NCBI GenBank assembly: GCA_963823655.1
Contig: CAWGMK010000013.1
Span: 384,001-448,000 of the forward strand
DNA: 64,000 nucleotides
Reading direction: 5' to 3'
Source of the DNA: an uncultured Bacillota bacterium
Lineage (GTDB): Bacteria > Bacillota > DTU025 > MWDF01
Position numbers and translations under genes: made by a program. Within the stretch, counting starts at the first letter, position 1; every line of letters begins with the position of its first letter. Below are positions 10,716 to 20,057 of the stretch, in pieces. Under the pieces are notes generated by a model that was given only the letters and a program-made list of their open reading frames with translations, had not been told where the DNA came from and did no database searches.

Positions 10716-11263
10716 TTGGCAGCGGCCCCCTTCCCGTTGATCAGCGGTTTGTCGAAAACGACTATCCTGCCTTCGTCCCTGTAACCTATGATATTCTTCT
10801 CCCCCGTAGACGTCTTCACGTCTATGAGCATATTGTTGATCGCATCGTCGCTCGGGAAGGCATCGTATTCGTCCTCCGGCGTGTCCTTAAGAAGGCCCGT
10901 TTCGAAGAACTCCTCCATGATGCCAACGATAAGGGCTATTTCTTCGCTGGTTACGCTCAGGATGTCCCTCATCATGGTGAGCCTCGTGTATTCCCCGAGG
11001 TCCTCCACCCTTAGTTCCACCTTGCCGCCCGTGGGCATCCTCAAGATATCCCAAATCGCTTCGATGCTGTGGCCCATCCTGCTCCTCAGGGCGTTCACCT
11101 CGTCGGAGCCCACCTTCTTGCAGACAAGAAAGGAGATGCCGAGCATGGTGTCGTCCGGAGAATAGGTCGCGGAGCAAATCTCGTTATATCTGGTTAACAG
11201 GGAGAAAAGGAGGCCAATACCGCTGTTTGCCGGCTCGTAATCCTGTTTTCCGAAGTCTCTCAT
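10712..11263 (-). CDS. Hypothetical protein between rny and ymdB
   Basis: ATG 11263 with a GAGGAGG RBS; its stop overlaps the ymdB start; protein-like composition; no motif recognised. Confidence 0.8.
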   Translation of the reverse strand: MRDFGKQDYEPANSGIGLLFSLLTRYNEICSATYSPDDTMLGISFLVCKKVGSDEVNALRSRMGHSIEAIWDILRMPTGGKVELRVEDLGEYTRLTMMRDILSVTSEEIALIVGIMEEFFETGLLKDTPEDEYDAFPSDDAINNMLIDVKTSTGEKNIIGYRDEGRIVVFDKPLINGKGAAAK

Positions 11264-11292
11264 ATTCTCCCCTCCTCTTTCACATTGCTTAA

Positions 11293-11316
11293 GGACGGGC
11301 GGCAAGCCGCCCGTCC
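11293..11316 (-). terminator. Hairpin after rny (terminator or processing stem)
   Basis: Perfect 11-bp inverted repeat GGACGGGCGGC-AA-GCCGCCCGTCC with only a short U tract. Confidence 0.6.
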
Positions 11317-11324
11317 AGGCTATT

Positions 11325-12875
11325 TTACTTTGCGAAGTCCACAGCCCTTGTTTCCCTTATGATCGTCACTTTGATCTGTCCGGGGTACTCGAGCTCGCCT
11401 TCTATTCTCTTCACTATGTCCTTGGCCAGAGTCATGGTCGCATAATCGTCTATCTTCTCCGGCTTCACCATGATCCTGATCTCGCGCCCTGCCTGAATGG
11501 CGAAGGCACGCTCAACTCCCTCGTAGGAGTCCGCAATCTCTTCAAGCTTCTCGAGCCTCTTTATATAGGTTTCGAGAGTCTCGCGCCTGGCGCCCGGCCT
11601 TGCGGCAGAGATGGCGTCGGCCGACTGTACCAGTATCGATTCTACGCATATGGGCTCTACATCGCCGTGGTGGGATTTTATGCCGTTAATAACGAGCGCG
11701 GATTCCCTGTACTTCTTGGCGAGGTCTGCGCCGATGGTGACATGAGGTCCTTCGACTTCATGGTCGATCGCCTTGCCTATGTCGTGAAGCAGCCCTGCCC
11801 TCTTGGCCAGGGCGACGTCGGCACCGAGCTCCGATGCCATGGTCCCGGCAAGCCTTGCGACTTCTATTGAATGATTGAGGACGTTCTGGCCGTAGCTTGT
11901 CCTGAAACGGAGCCTTCCGAGCAGCTTCTGCAGCTCGGGATGCAGGCCGATGACGCCGGTTTCGAGTATGGCCCTCTCGCCTTCGTCGCGGATGACCATC
12001 TCTACTTCTTTCTGCGCCCTCTCAACCATCTCTTCTATCCTTGCGGGCTGTATGCGGCCGTCCTGGATGAGCCTTTCAAGGGCAATCCTGGCCACTTCGC
12101 GCCTTACGGGATCGAAACTGGACAATATAACAGCCTCTGGCGTATCGTCGATTATCAGGTCTACGCCGGTGAGGGTTTCAAGCGCCCTTATGTTCCTGCC
12201 TTCCCTGCCGATTATCCTGCCCTTCATCTCGTCGCTGGGAAGCGGCACCACCGATACGGTAGTTTCAGTCACATGCTCTGCAGCGCAGCGCTGGATCGCC
12301 TGGGTGATGATGTCCCTTGCCTTTTTGTCGGCTTCCTCTTTGGTCTGGGCTTCTATGTCCTTGATCATGATCGCCGCATCATGCCTGATTTCAGTCTCAA
12401 TTTCCCTGAGAAGTTCCTGCTTCGCCTGATCGCTCGTCAGGCCGCTGATCCTTTCGAGCTCAAGTCTGTGTTTGGCGTATACTTCGGTTATGTCCTGTTC
12501 CAGCTTCTTTACGTCTTTTTCCCTTTTATCGAGGTCGTTTTCCTTCTTCTCTATGCTTTCGGTCTTCCGGTCGATCGCCTCTTCCCTCTGTATGAGGCGT
12601 CTTTCGACTCTTTGCATCTCAAGGCGTCTTTCCTTGTTCTCCCTATCGGCTTCGGCCCTCATCTTGTGGGCTTCTTCTTTAGCATTGATAAGAAGCTCGC
12701 GCCTTTCGGCTTCTCCCGCCCGCTGGGCTTCTGCGACTATTTCCTTCGCGCGTTCTTCCGCGCTGCCCATTTTGGCCTCCGCGAATTGCCGCCTCAGGAA
12801 ATATCCAGCCGCAAAGCTTAAAACGCCGGCGATTGCTGCTATGCCGATGACAATCAATGTATCCAGCAAATTCAC
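11325..12875 (-). CDS. rny: Ribonuclease Y
   Basis: N-terminal TM helix, coiled coil, KH domain ([12 protein letters not shown]) and HD domain (LLHDIGK); the true start may be TTG 12869. Confidence 0.97.
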   Translation of the reverse strand: MNLLDTLIVIGIAAIAGVLSFAAGYFLRRQFAEAKMGSAEERAKEIVAEAQRAGEAERRELLINAKEEAHKMRAEADRENKERRLEMQRVERRLIQREEAIDRKTESIEKKENDLDKREKDVKKLEQDITEVYAKHRLELERISGLTSDQAKQELLREIETEIRHDAAIMIKDIEAQTKEEADKKARDIITQAIQRCAAEHVTETTVSVVPLPSDEMKGRIIGREGRNIRALETLTGVDLIIDDTPEAVILSSFDPVRREVARIALERLIQDGRIQPARIEEMVERAQKEVEMVIRDEGERAILETGVIGLHPELQKLLGRLRFRTSYGQNVLNHSIEVARLAGTMASELGADVALAKRAGLLHDIGKAIDHEVEGPHVTIGADLAKKYRESALVINGIKSHHGDVEPICVESILVQSADAISAARPGARRETLETYIKRLEKLEEIADSYEGVERAFAIQAGREIRIMVKPEKIDDYATMTLAKDIVKRIEGELEYPGQIKVTIIRETRAVDFAK

Positions 12876-12972
12876 CTCCAGTTTTCAAAGATCTCCAAAG
12901 GCCGGCAAGACACAACTTGCCCGACCTTAGTCTCTATCGTTGCCGCCTTTAGGGCGGAATACTACAAACTTA

Positions 12973-13001
12973 ACAATACAACGGCCGGGGCTCCTAGTCA
13001 A
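12973..13001 (-). promoter_or_regulatory. Putative sigma-A promoter of rny
   Basis: TTGACT-N17-TATTGT; the -35 lies in the loop of a hairpin (12982-13018) that follows recX. Confidence 0.55.
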
Positions 13002-13026
13002 ATAGGATACCTCGGCCGCATAAGCC

Positions 13027-13497
13027 TCATTCGATGTGATCGGGCAGCTTTCGAAGCGCCTTCGAAATGGCGTCGGAGCTGAAACCTTTGGCTTTGAGGT
13101 GTCTTGCCTGCTTTGCCAGCAGTTTCTCGTCCTGTTCCTTGTCTCCTGTAAACGAAGCTGATTTCGAGATAATTTCGAAAGCGGCCCCGGCTTCATCCGT
13201 GCCCTCCCAGGCGATGTCGACTGCAGCATGGGCCGACTCCTTGGGAATTCCCCTCTGCATGAGCTTGTAGACCGCCATTGCTCTGCCGATCCTGCCGCTT
13301 TCAGCAAGCTGCGCGGCCCATCTGCCGGCAAGGGCGTCATCGTCGATTAGCCTCTCGGCCCTTAGTTGGCCCAGCACCTCCGCCACTTCCTCGGGCTCAT
13401 GCCCTTTGCGGGCCAGGTATGAGGCGATTTCGGACTCCGACCTGGATCTCATCGAAAGGTACTTTATTGCGTCTTTCAGGCAATTTTTGCCCTTCAT
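13027..13497 (-). CDS. recX: Regulatory protein RecX
   Basis: YLSMRSRSESE, IDDDAL, LMQRGI and KGFS motifs; directly after recA. Confidence 0.88.
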   Translation of the reverse strand: MKGKNCLKDAIKYLSMRSRSESEIASYLARKGHEPEEVAEVLGQLRAERLIDDDALAGRWAAQLAESGRIGRAMAVYKLMQRGIPKESAHAAVDIAWEGTDEAGAAFEIISKSASFTGDKEQDEKLLAKQARHLKAKGFSSDAISKALRKLPDHIE

Positions 13498-14562
13498 GCC
13501 TGTTGCTTCTTGACCTCGCTTGACTCCGGCTTGGCCTCCGGATCGGCAGCTTCCCTGGTGATGCCGGTGCCGCCCCAGATTATTCCGAGCTTCTCCTTGA
13601 TCTTGAGCTCGATTTCATCGGACATCGGTTTGTTCGCCTTAAGAAGCTGCCTTGTGTTCTCCCTGCCCTGGGCGAGCCTCGTTTCGCCGTAGGAGAACCA
13701 TGTCCCGCTCTTTGACTAGGATCCCGTTGGCCTCGCCTATATCGATGAGCGAGCCCTCCCTGGAAATCCCGTCGCCGTATATGATATCGAACTCCGCCTC
13801 CCTGAAAGGAGGGGCCACCTTGTTCTTCACGATCTTGGCCTTGGTCCTGTTGCCGACTATTTCTGTCCCCTGTTTCAAGGACTCAATCCTTCTGACTTCC
13901 ACCCTCACGGAGGAATAGAACTTAAGGGCCCTGCCGCCGGGGGTAGTTTCGGGGTTGCCGAACATCACGCCGACTTTCTCCCTTATCTGGTTTATGAAGA
14001 TGACGCAGGAATTGGACTTGGAGATGGCGCCGGTCAGCTTCCTTAGGGCTTGAGACATAAGCCTTGCCTGCAGGCCCATAAAGGAATCTCCCATTTCGCC
14101 CTCGATTTCGGATCTGGGCACAAGGGCTGCCACCGAGTCGATGACAACGATATCTACCGCGCCGCTTCTTACAAGCGCTTCAGTAATCTCCAATGCCTGC
14201 TCTCCGGTGTCGGGCTGCGACACAAGGAGGTTGTCGATATCCACGCCCAGCCTCTTCGCGTACTTCGCGTCCAGGGCATGCTCGGCATCTATGAACGCCG
14301 CAATCCCGCCCGCTGCCTGAGCCTGTGCTATCGCATGAAGGGCTACTGTCGTCTTGCCCGAAGATTTGGGGCCGAAAACCTCAATGACCCTGCCTCTTGG
14401 AAAACCGCCCACTCCCAGGGCTATGTCTATTGCTATCGAACCGCTCGGGATCACTTCAACGGCCTTTATACCGGCCTCACCCATCCTCATGACCGTACCT
14501 TTGCCGTATTCCTTCTCTAACTGGGCAAGGGCTGCATTGAGGGCTTTTTGCCTATCGGACAA
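13494..14562 (-). CDS. recA: Recombinase RecA (+1 frameshift near 13712; Walker A reads GPKSSGKT)
   Basis: [37 protein letters not shown]; removing one A restores VKSGTWFSY...QGREN. TTG start after an AAGGGGAG RBS. Confidence 0.97.
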
Positions 14563-14599
14563 TTCAAACTCCCCTTTCATGGAGGAAATTTACGATTTG

Positions 14600-14618
14600 A
14601 TTATAGCACATATGTTCG
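14600..14618 (-). promoter_or_regulatory. recA extended -10 promoter with an overlapping LexA/DinR (SOS) box
   Basis: Minus strand CGAACATATGTGCTATAAT contains GAAC-N4-GTGC (one mismatch to the Bacillota GAAC-N4-GTTC box) fused to TGnTATAAT. Confidence 0.75.
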
Positions 14619-14627
14619 GTCCCCTAC

Positions 14628-15191
14628 CTAGAGGTTTTTTAGCTCGAATCTCTCCTGCATCTCATATATCGGACCCGAGGGCGTCAAAGTGCTTCTGTAC
14701 AGCGAAAACCAGGAGTGGACAACCTTGTCCTCCCACGGTGCGAAGCTGCCCTTTAACACATCCCAGCCCGGAAGCAGCGCCGGTTCTTTTACCCTTCCAA
14801 GCGTAATGTGGGGCGAGAATGGCTTGCCTTCCGGCGCAAATCCTACCTCCGCCGCCTCGGCCTCGATATCCCTCGCAAGCCTTGCCAAAGCGCCTGTTTT
14901 CTCGTTTATGCCGATCCATATAGCGCTTATGTCTTTCGCCCTTCCGAAATGTCCAATTCCGCCGTATGCGACTTCGATAGGCGAATGCCGCGGCGCTAGA
15001 GCCCGAAACCTCTCGACAAGCTGCTTTTCCCGCAATTCGTCCACATCGCCCAAAAACTTCAGCGTAAGGTGGATATTCTCGGGCTTCACCCAGGAAATGC
15101 CCCTGAAAAGGGAGCGCGCTTTCAAAGAAGAGCCCGCTAACTCCTCTCTGCACTCCAAAGGCAGGTCAAGGGCCACGAACATCCTTTTCAA
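14628..15191 (-). CDS. thpR: RNA 2',3'-cyclic phosphodiesterase ThpR (2H family)
   Basis: RMFVA, HLTLKFLG and PHITLGR (two HxT motifs), GPIY. Confidence 0.92.
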   Translation of the reverse strand: MKRMFVALDLPLECREELAGSSLKARSLFRGISWVKPENIHLTLKFLGDVDELREKQLVERFRALAPRHSPIEVAYGGIGHFGRAKDISAIWIGINEKTGALARLARDIEAEAAEVGFAPEGKPFSPHITLGRVKEPALLPGWDVLKGSFAPWEDKVVHSWFSLYRSTLTPSGPIYEMQERFELKNL

Positions 15192-15280
15192 AACGCACCT
15201 CACACATATTATCAATAATGTTTGATAATATAACTATAATTCATTTATACTAGGCCTGCCATAATGCAAACGGAGGTATC

Positions 15281-16513
15281 ATGAAACGATTAATCGGAGC
15301 CATTATAGCAGCGCTGGCAAGAGTACTGCTTCCAGTATATTTCGCGCTGTTCAAGAAGACCAGAAGAGGTAAGATCGACTTGGCCGGGGTTAAGCCCCCG
15401 TTCCTGCTAATATCGAACCATCAGGCCACCATGGACCCTTTCTACCTTGGCGTGCGCCTTCCGGGCGTAACTAGTTATGTGGCAACGGATATGCTCTTCA
15501 GGCTGCCCCTTATGAATTACCTTATGTCAGCCATCGGCTCCATACCCAAAAGCAAGTTCGTAAGCGACGCCGCCTCTGTTAGGCTGATGCTGCAGAAGGT
15601 TAGGCACGGGCAATCCGTCGGCATCTTCCCGGAGGGCCAGCGTTGCGTCGCCGGATTCACTGACAGGATCATCCCCGGTATAGGGAAACTTGCTAAGATG
15701 CTGGACATACCGGTCGTTGCGGGAAAACTTGAAGGCGGCTTCCTGGCGGATCCCAGATGGGCTATCAAGAAGCGCAAGGGCGGTTCAACTGTGAGCCTAA
15801 GGTTGCTGTTAACAAAAGAGCAGCTTAAGTCCATGGACCCCGAAAAGATCGAGGAGGTCATCAAGGCCAGCTTACAGCATAGCGACTACGAGTGGATCAA
15901 GGAGCATCCTGAGTTCAAATACCCCGGAAAGAACAGGGCGCTGGGGCTTCACAATGTCATGTTCATCTGCCCGGAGTGCGGCGCCTGGGACAGCTTCGAT
16001 ACCGAAGGGGACCTTGCGAGCTGCCGCAAATGCGGATATTGCGTAAGCTGGGGCGACAGGGGTGAATTCATACTTGTAAAAGGCACCAAGCTGCATCATG
16101 AGAACTTGCAGCAGCAGGAGCTCTGGCAGAGGGCGAGGATGGATTCGGTACTAAAAGGGCATCTCGATACAAAACAAAAAGGAAGCCCGATTTACGGGCC
16201 GCAGGATATTACCATAAGAAGAAGCCACAAATCGAAGCCCCTTCTGGTGATTGGTCAGGGGAAATTGACCCTTTGCGACGACAGGTTAGTCTTGGAGACA
16301 GGCGCTGACTGTCCGTCCGAGTTCCTTCTTACGGATATCGAGGGCTTCACGGTTTCGGCCATAAAAGGCAAGCACCACAGGATAGTTGAGTTCATGTACA
16401 AGAAGAAGGCACTTTACAACTTCGTTTTCCACGACCCATTCGAAAGCACATACAAATGGAACCTGATGGTAGACAGGTTCAAGGCGGTCCTGGATAGCCA
16501 GGCAAACCTTTAA
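15281..16513 (+). CDS. Lysophospholipid/PlsC-family acyltransferase with a C-terminal zinc-ribbon extension
   Basis: NHQATMD (HX4D) and IFPEG motifs; CPEC...CRKC; GGAGG RBS. Confidence 0.85.
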   Translation: MKRLIGAIIAALARVLLPVYFALFKKTRRGKIDLAGVKPPFLLISNHQATMDPFYLGVRLPGVTSYVATDMLFRLPLMNYLMSAIGSIPKSKFVSDAASVRLMLQKVRHGQSVGIFPEGQRCVAGFTDRIIPGIGKLAKMLDIPVVAGKLEGGFLADPRWAIKKRKGGSTVSLRLLLTKEQLKSMDPEKIEEVIKASLQHSDYEWIKEHPEFKYPGKNRALGLHNVMFICPECGAWDSFDTEGDLASCRKCGYCVSWGDRGEFILVKGTKLHHENLQQQELWQRARMDSVLKGHLDTKQKGSPIYGPQDITIRRSHKSKPLLVIGQGKLTLCDDRLVLETGADCPSEFLLTDIEGFTVSAIKGKHHRIVEFMYKKKALYNFVFHDPFESTYKWNLMVDRFKAVLDSQANL

Positions 16514-17634
16514 TGCAGGGATTTAAGCCCCGCCCCGCACATCGGCACAACAACGCTGCCGTCGAAGCCTGTGGCCTTCATCCATGATTTCACTCCCGCA
16601 AGCGTTGCGGCGCTAGTCGGCTCGACGAAAATTCCGGAGTAAGCGAGCCCCCTGCCTGTTGGGTTGATTTCATATTCCTGCGCCTGGACCATGACCCCGC
16701 CAAGCTCTCTTAATGCTGAAATTATCTGGCCGCCTCTCATCGGGGCGGCTATTGCTATTCCTTCTGCCACGGTGCCCTCGTTTTTTACCTGCGCAACTAC
16801 ATCCAAGCCGGCTTTGAAGGCTCGGAATATCGGGGCGCACTTCGCCGCCTGAACTGCCACAACCATGGGATACTTGTCGATTGCCCCTCCTGCCATGAGC
16901 GACTTCAGGCCGTAATATACGCCAAGTAGCAAAGTGCCGTTGCCGACAGGGACTGCCAGCACGTCGGGCAACTTGCCTTTCATCTGCTCCCATATCTCGT
17001 ACACATAGGTCTTTGTCCCCTGGTAGAAGAGCGGATTATACACGTGGCTGGCATAGAACCTGCCCTCGCGCGCCGCTTTTAGGGCGGCGGCCGCCGTATC
17101 CTCCCGGCTTCCGGGAATCAGGCTCACCTTCGCACCATAGGCTTTAATCTGGGAAACCTTATTGGGGGAGGTGGACTGAGGGACCATTATCTCGCATGAA
17201 ATACCGAGCCTTGCAGCATACGCCGCAACGGAATTGCCTGCGTTGCCGCTTGAATCCTGCACAGCCTCCTTAATGCCTATTGCTTTCGCGGCCGCCATCA
17301 TCACTGCAGCCCCCCTGTCCTTGAAGGACAGAGTCGGCATCGCGAAATCCATCTTGCCGAGTATCTGAGCCCTGTCGGAGATGCTGACAAGCGCAGTCTG
17401 CCCCTCGCCCATGCTCGCCGCTTCCCAAAAGGCGTCCACTAAGGAGGGCATCATCATCCTGTAGCGGAAGATCCCCTTCACATCGTGATCGATAAGCCCT
17501 GCTGAGAATCCATCTTCAAGGCCTGATAGGTCCAGAAGGCCGCCGCAGTCGCATTCAAATCTCGCCTCTTCCATGCCATAGCTTTTACTGCAGCTGCGGC
17601 AGGTCAGGAACGCGTCCCTTTTTGGAGCTCCCAT
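16510..17634 (-). CDS. Threonine synthase-like fold-type II PLP enzyme
   Basis: N-terminal CRSC/CDCGG, MGEGQT, PTLSFKDRG, SSGNAG, PVGNG and EPTSA motifs. Confidence 0.88.
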   Translation of the reverse strand: MGAPKRDAFLTCRSCSKSYGMEEARFECDCGGLLDLSGLEDGFSAGLIDHDVKGIFRYRMMMPSLVDAFWEAASMGEGQTALVSISDRAQILGKMDFAMPTLSFKDRGAAVMMAAAKAIGIKEAVQDSSGNAGNSVAAYAARLGISCEIMVPQSTSPNKVSQIKAYGAKVSLIPGSREDTAAAALKAAREGRFYASHVYNPLFYQGTKTYVYEIWEQMKGKLPDVLAVPVGNGTLLLGVYYGLKSLMAGGAIDKYPMVVAVQAAKCAPIFRAFKAGLDVVAQVKNEGTVAEGIAIAAPMRGGQIISALRELGGVMVQAQEYEINPTGRGLAYSGIFVEPTSAATLAGVKSWMKATGFDGSVVVPMCGAGLKSLH

Positions 17635-17637
17635 GGA

Positions 17638-18021
17638 CTATTTCCTCCGTTCGGCTACGAAATCCATCTCAACGTCCAGCCCGTGGTGGAGCTTGCCTCC
17701 CAGGGGCAGCACCGTCCTTGCAGGTTTATGCCCGCCGAAATAGGCGCTGTAAGCCGAGTTGAACGAATCCCAGAGCGATATGCTCGAAATATAGGCATTA
17801 GTCCTGACAACATCAGTTTTGTCGCACCCCGCCGACTCAAGAAGGGACGTGACGTTGCCGAAAAGCACATTGAGCTGCTCTTCAAAGCTGGAGTCCACGG
17901 CTTTGCCGCTTACGGGGTCTAACGGCAGTATGCCGGATGCGAATATCAGCCCGCCTGCTTCCATAGCGGGAGTGTAGTGTCCTTTCGGTTCGGGCCTACC
18001 TGCTATTGTGATCCTCTTCAT
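17638..18021 (-). CDS. RidA/YjgF-family imine deaminase
   Basis: GHYTPA, FASG, FNSAYSAYF, PART (catalytic Arg) and VEMD motifs. Confidence 0.9.
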   Translation of the reverse strand: MKRITIAGRPEPKGHYTPAMEAGGLIFASGILPLDPVSGKAVDSSFEEQLNVLFGNVTSLLESAGCDKTDVVRTNAYISSISLWDSFNSAYSAYFGGHKPARTVLPLGGKLHHGLDVEMDFVAERRK

Positions 18022-18506
18022 AAGGATTTCGCCCCCCTCAGCCTTTCAATGGCCAGATCTATTGCCAGCTGCACGGCTGCTTCTCGGATCGCACCGCGCC
18101 CGCCTGGCAGCCTGTATTCCTTAACAACCGTTTCCAGCCCGGTCATGGCGCAGGCTATGAAAACCAAGCCCTCAGGGTTTCCACAAGGATCCGGGCCAGG
18201 CCCCGCAACTCCCGTAATCGAGCAGGAGATATCAGCGCAAGAAAGGTCTCTTGTGCCTTCTGCCATCAGGATTGCCACATGGGCGCTGACCGCCCCCCAC
18301 TTCTCAAGTATGTGTTCGGGTATTCCAAGCATATCGTGCTTCGCTTTATTGGAATATGTGACATACGACCTGTCAAAACACAAAGACGATCCGGGCACAT
18401 CGGTTATTGCCGCTGACAGCATGCCGCCCGTACACGATTCCGCCGCGGCAAGCTTCAACCCTGCGGCAGTCAGCTCGTGCACAAGTGATTTTGCGGAGTT
18501 CAACAT
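18018..18506 (-). CDS. CinA C-terminal domain / NMN deamidase PncC
   Basis: AESCTGG, YSNKAK, GAVS and TGVAGP motifs; no N-terminal COG1058 domain. Confidence 0.9.
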   Translation of the reverse strand: MLNSAKSLVHELTAAGLKLAAAESCTGGMLSAAITDVPGSSLCFDRSYVTYSNKAKHDMLGIPEHILEKWGAVSAHVAILMAEGTRDLSCADISCSITGVAGPGPDPCGNPEGLVFIACAMTGLETVVKEYRLPGGRGAIREAAVQLAIDLAIERLRGAKSL

Positions 18507-18510
18507 GCAT

Positions 18511-19146
18511 CTACCCTCTCAAAGACCTGATTGCCTCTTCCGGATCAACAGCCGAGAATATGTACGTCCCGGCGACAAGCACCCGGGCGCCGGCGCGTCT
18601 AGCCTTCGCCCCGGTCTGAGCGTTGATGCCTCCGTCCACCTGCACATCAATGGGCCTTCCGGAGGAGGCAGCCAATTCGCTCGCCTCAGCTATCTTCGCA
18701 AGCTGCCCCTCTATGAACGCCTGCCCGCCATAACCCGGGTTTACCGTCATGACCAGCACCTGGTCGACAATATCCAGGACATTTTCTATAAGGCATACGG
18801 GGTCTGCAGGGTTCAGTGCGACTCCAGCCTTCGCGCCCAGCTGCTTGATCAGCATGAGCTGCCTGTGAAGGTGTTTTGTCGAGTCGGGGTGGATCGTGAC
18901 TATCGACGATCCGGCGCTGATGAATTCTTCTATGTGCAGCTCCGGGTTCATGATCATAAGATGAACGTCCAGAGGTTTGTCCGTAAGTTGCGACAGCTTC
19001 CTAACCATGTCCTGGCCGAATGTAATGTTGGGCACATAATTGCCATCCATCACATCGACGTGTATGTAGTCCGCCGAAGGGATACGATTTATCTCGGCGG
19101 CCAGATTCGCGATATCCGCTGCAAGTATGGATGGCGCTATCTTCAT
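18511..19146 (-). CDS. rpe: Ribulose-phosphate 3-epimerase
   Basis: MKIAPSIL, HVDVMDG, DVHLM, MTVNPG and VDGGI motifs. Confidence 0.96.
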   Translation of the reverse strand: MKIAPSILAADIANLAAEINRIPSADYIHVDVMDGNYVPNITFGQDMVRKLSQLTDKPLDVHLMIMNPELHIEEFISAGSSIVTIHPDSTKHLHRQLMLIKQLGAKAGVALNPADPVCLIENVLDIVDQVLVMTVNPGYGGQAFIEGQLAKIAEASELAASSGRPIDVQVDGGINAQTGAKARRAGARVLVAGTYIFSAVDPEEAIRSLRG

Positions 19147-19166
19147 CCTGCCCACACCCCCGTCGG

Positions 19167-20057
19167 TCAGTCGTACTTGTTCTTTTCGGCGTCCATGCAC
19201 TCTTTCAGGAAGGCCTTGTAATGCTCATGACGTAATGATGACAGCTCCCCTGACAAAACGGCCGTCTTAACGGCGCAGCCCGGTTCGGCATTATGCCTGC
19301 AGCCGTTGAATCTGCAGCGGCCCTCGTACTCGTCGATGTCCGGCATCAGGCCCCTTATTTCGTCCGGCAGAAGGCCTGTAAGCTCCAGCGAGGAGAAACC
19401 CGGGCTGTCCGCTACGAATGAGCCTTTCCCCAGCTTAAGCAGCCTGACCTGCCTTGTGGTGTGCCTGCCCCTGCCGATGCGCTCGCTGACTAAAGCGGTC
19501 TCAAGCCCAAGCCCCGGCAGCATGGCATTTATCAGAGTGGACTTGCCTGCTCCCGACTGCCCCGCGAATATGCTGATCTTGCCCTCTAGGAAGTCCTTTA
19601 GCCGCTGCACGCCCTCGCCTTTTGGGGCCGACAGTCCGACTACCTCATAGCCGGAGGCCCTGTAATGTCCGGATACTACCTGAAGGGCCTCGTCTTCGGC
19701 GATGTCCGCCTTGGTTGCGCAGATTATCACCGACAGCATCTGTTTTTCCGCGAGTATGCACAGCCTGTCAGTAAGCATAAGATCCACTGCCGGTGTGATG
19801 AGGGGCGTGAATATCGCAACGCAGTCGACATTCGCCACAGGGGGCCTTACCAGGAAGTTCCTTCTCGGAAGGGCCTCTTCTATAACGTGGCCGCCGCCCT
19901 GTTCCGACACCTTGACGCGGTCGCCTGCGACTATCTCGTAATCCATAAGCCTGAGCTTGCCCCTGATCTTGCAGAGCATTATCTCTGACCCCGCGTCGAC
20001 TTCGGCAAAGCCGCCCTTGATCCCGATTATTACGCCTTCGGCCGTGTTATACGTCAT
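19167..20057 (-). CDS. rsgA: Small-subunit biogenesis GTPase RsgA/CpgA
   Basis: TKAD, GQSGAGKS, GRHTT, DSPG and CRFNGCRHNAEPGC zinc finger. Confidence 0.95.
   Translation of the reverse strand: MTYNTAEGVIIGIKGGFAEVDAGSEIMLCKIRGKLRLMDYEIVAGDRVKVSEQGGGHVIEEALPRRNFLVRPPVANVDCVAIFTPLITPAVDLMLTDRLCILAEKQMLSVIICATKADIAEDEALQVVSGHYRASGYEVVGLSAPKGEGVQRLKDFLEGKISIFAGQSGAGKSTLINAMLPGLGLETALVSERIGRGRHTTRQVRLLKLGKGSFVADSPGFSSLELTGLLPDEIRGLMPDIDEYEGRCRFNGCRHNAEPGCAVKTAVLSGELSSLRHEHYKAFLKECMDAEKNKYD

Noticed and set aside
11871-12821. 316-aa plus-strand ORF and similar long antisense ORFs (47326, 51160, 57149, 63069)
   Set aside because: Mirror frames of well-conserved genes on the opposite strand.
17977-19221. 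414-aa plus-strand ORF
   Set aside because: Antisense shadow across ridA, pncC and rpe, with no RBS or motifs; expected from GC-rich codon bias.
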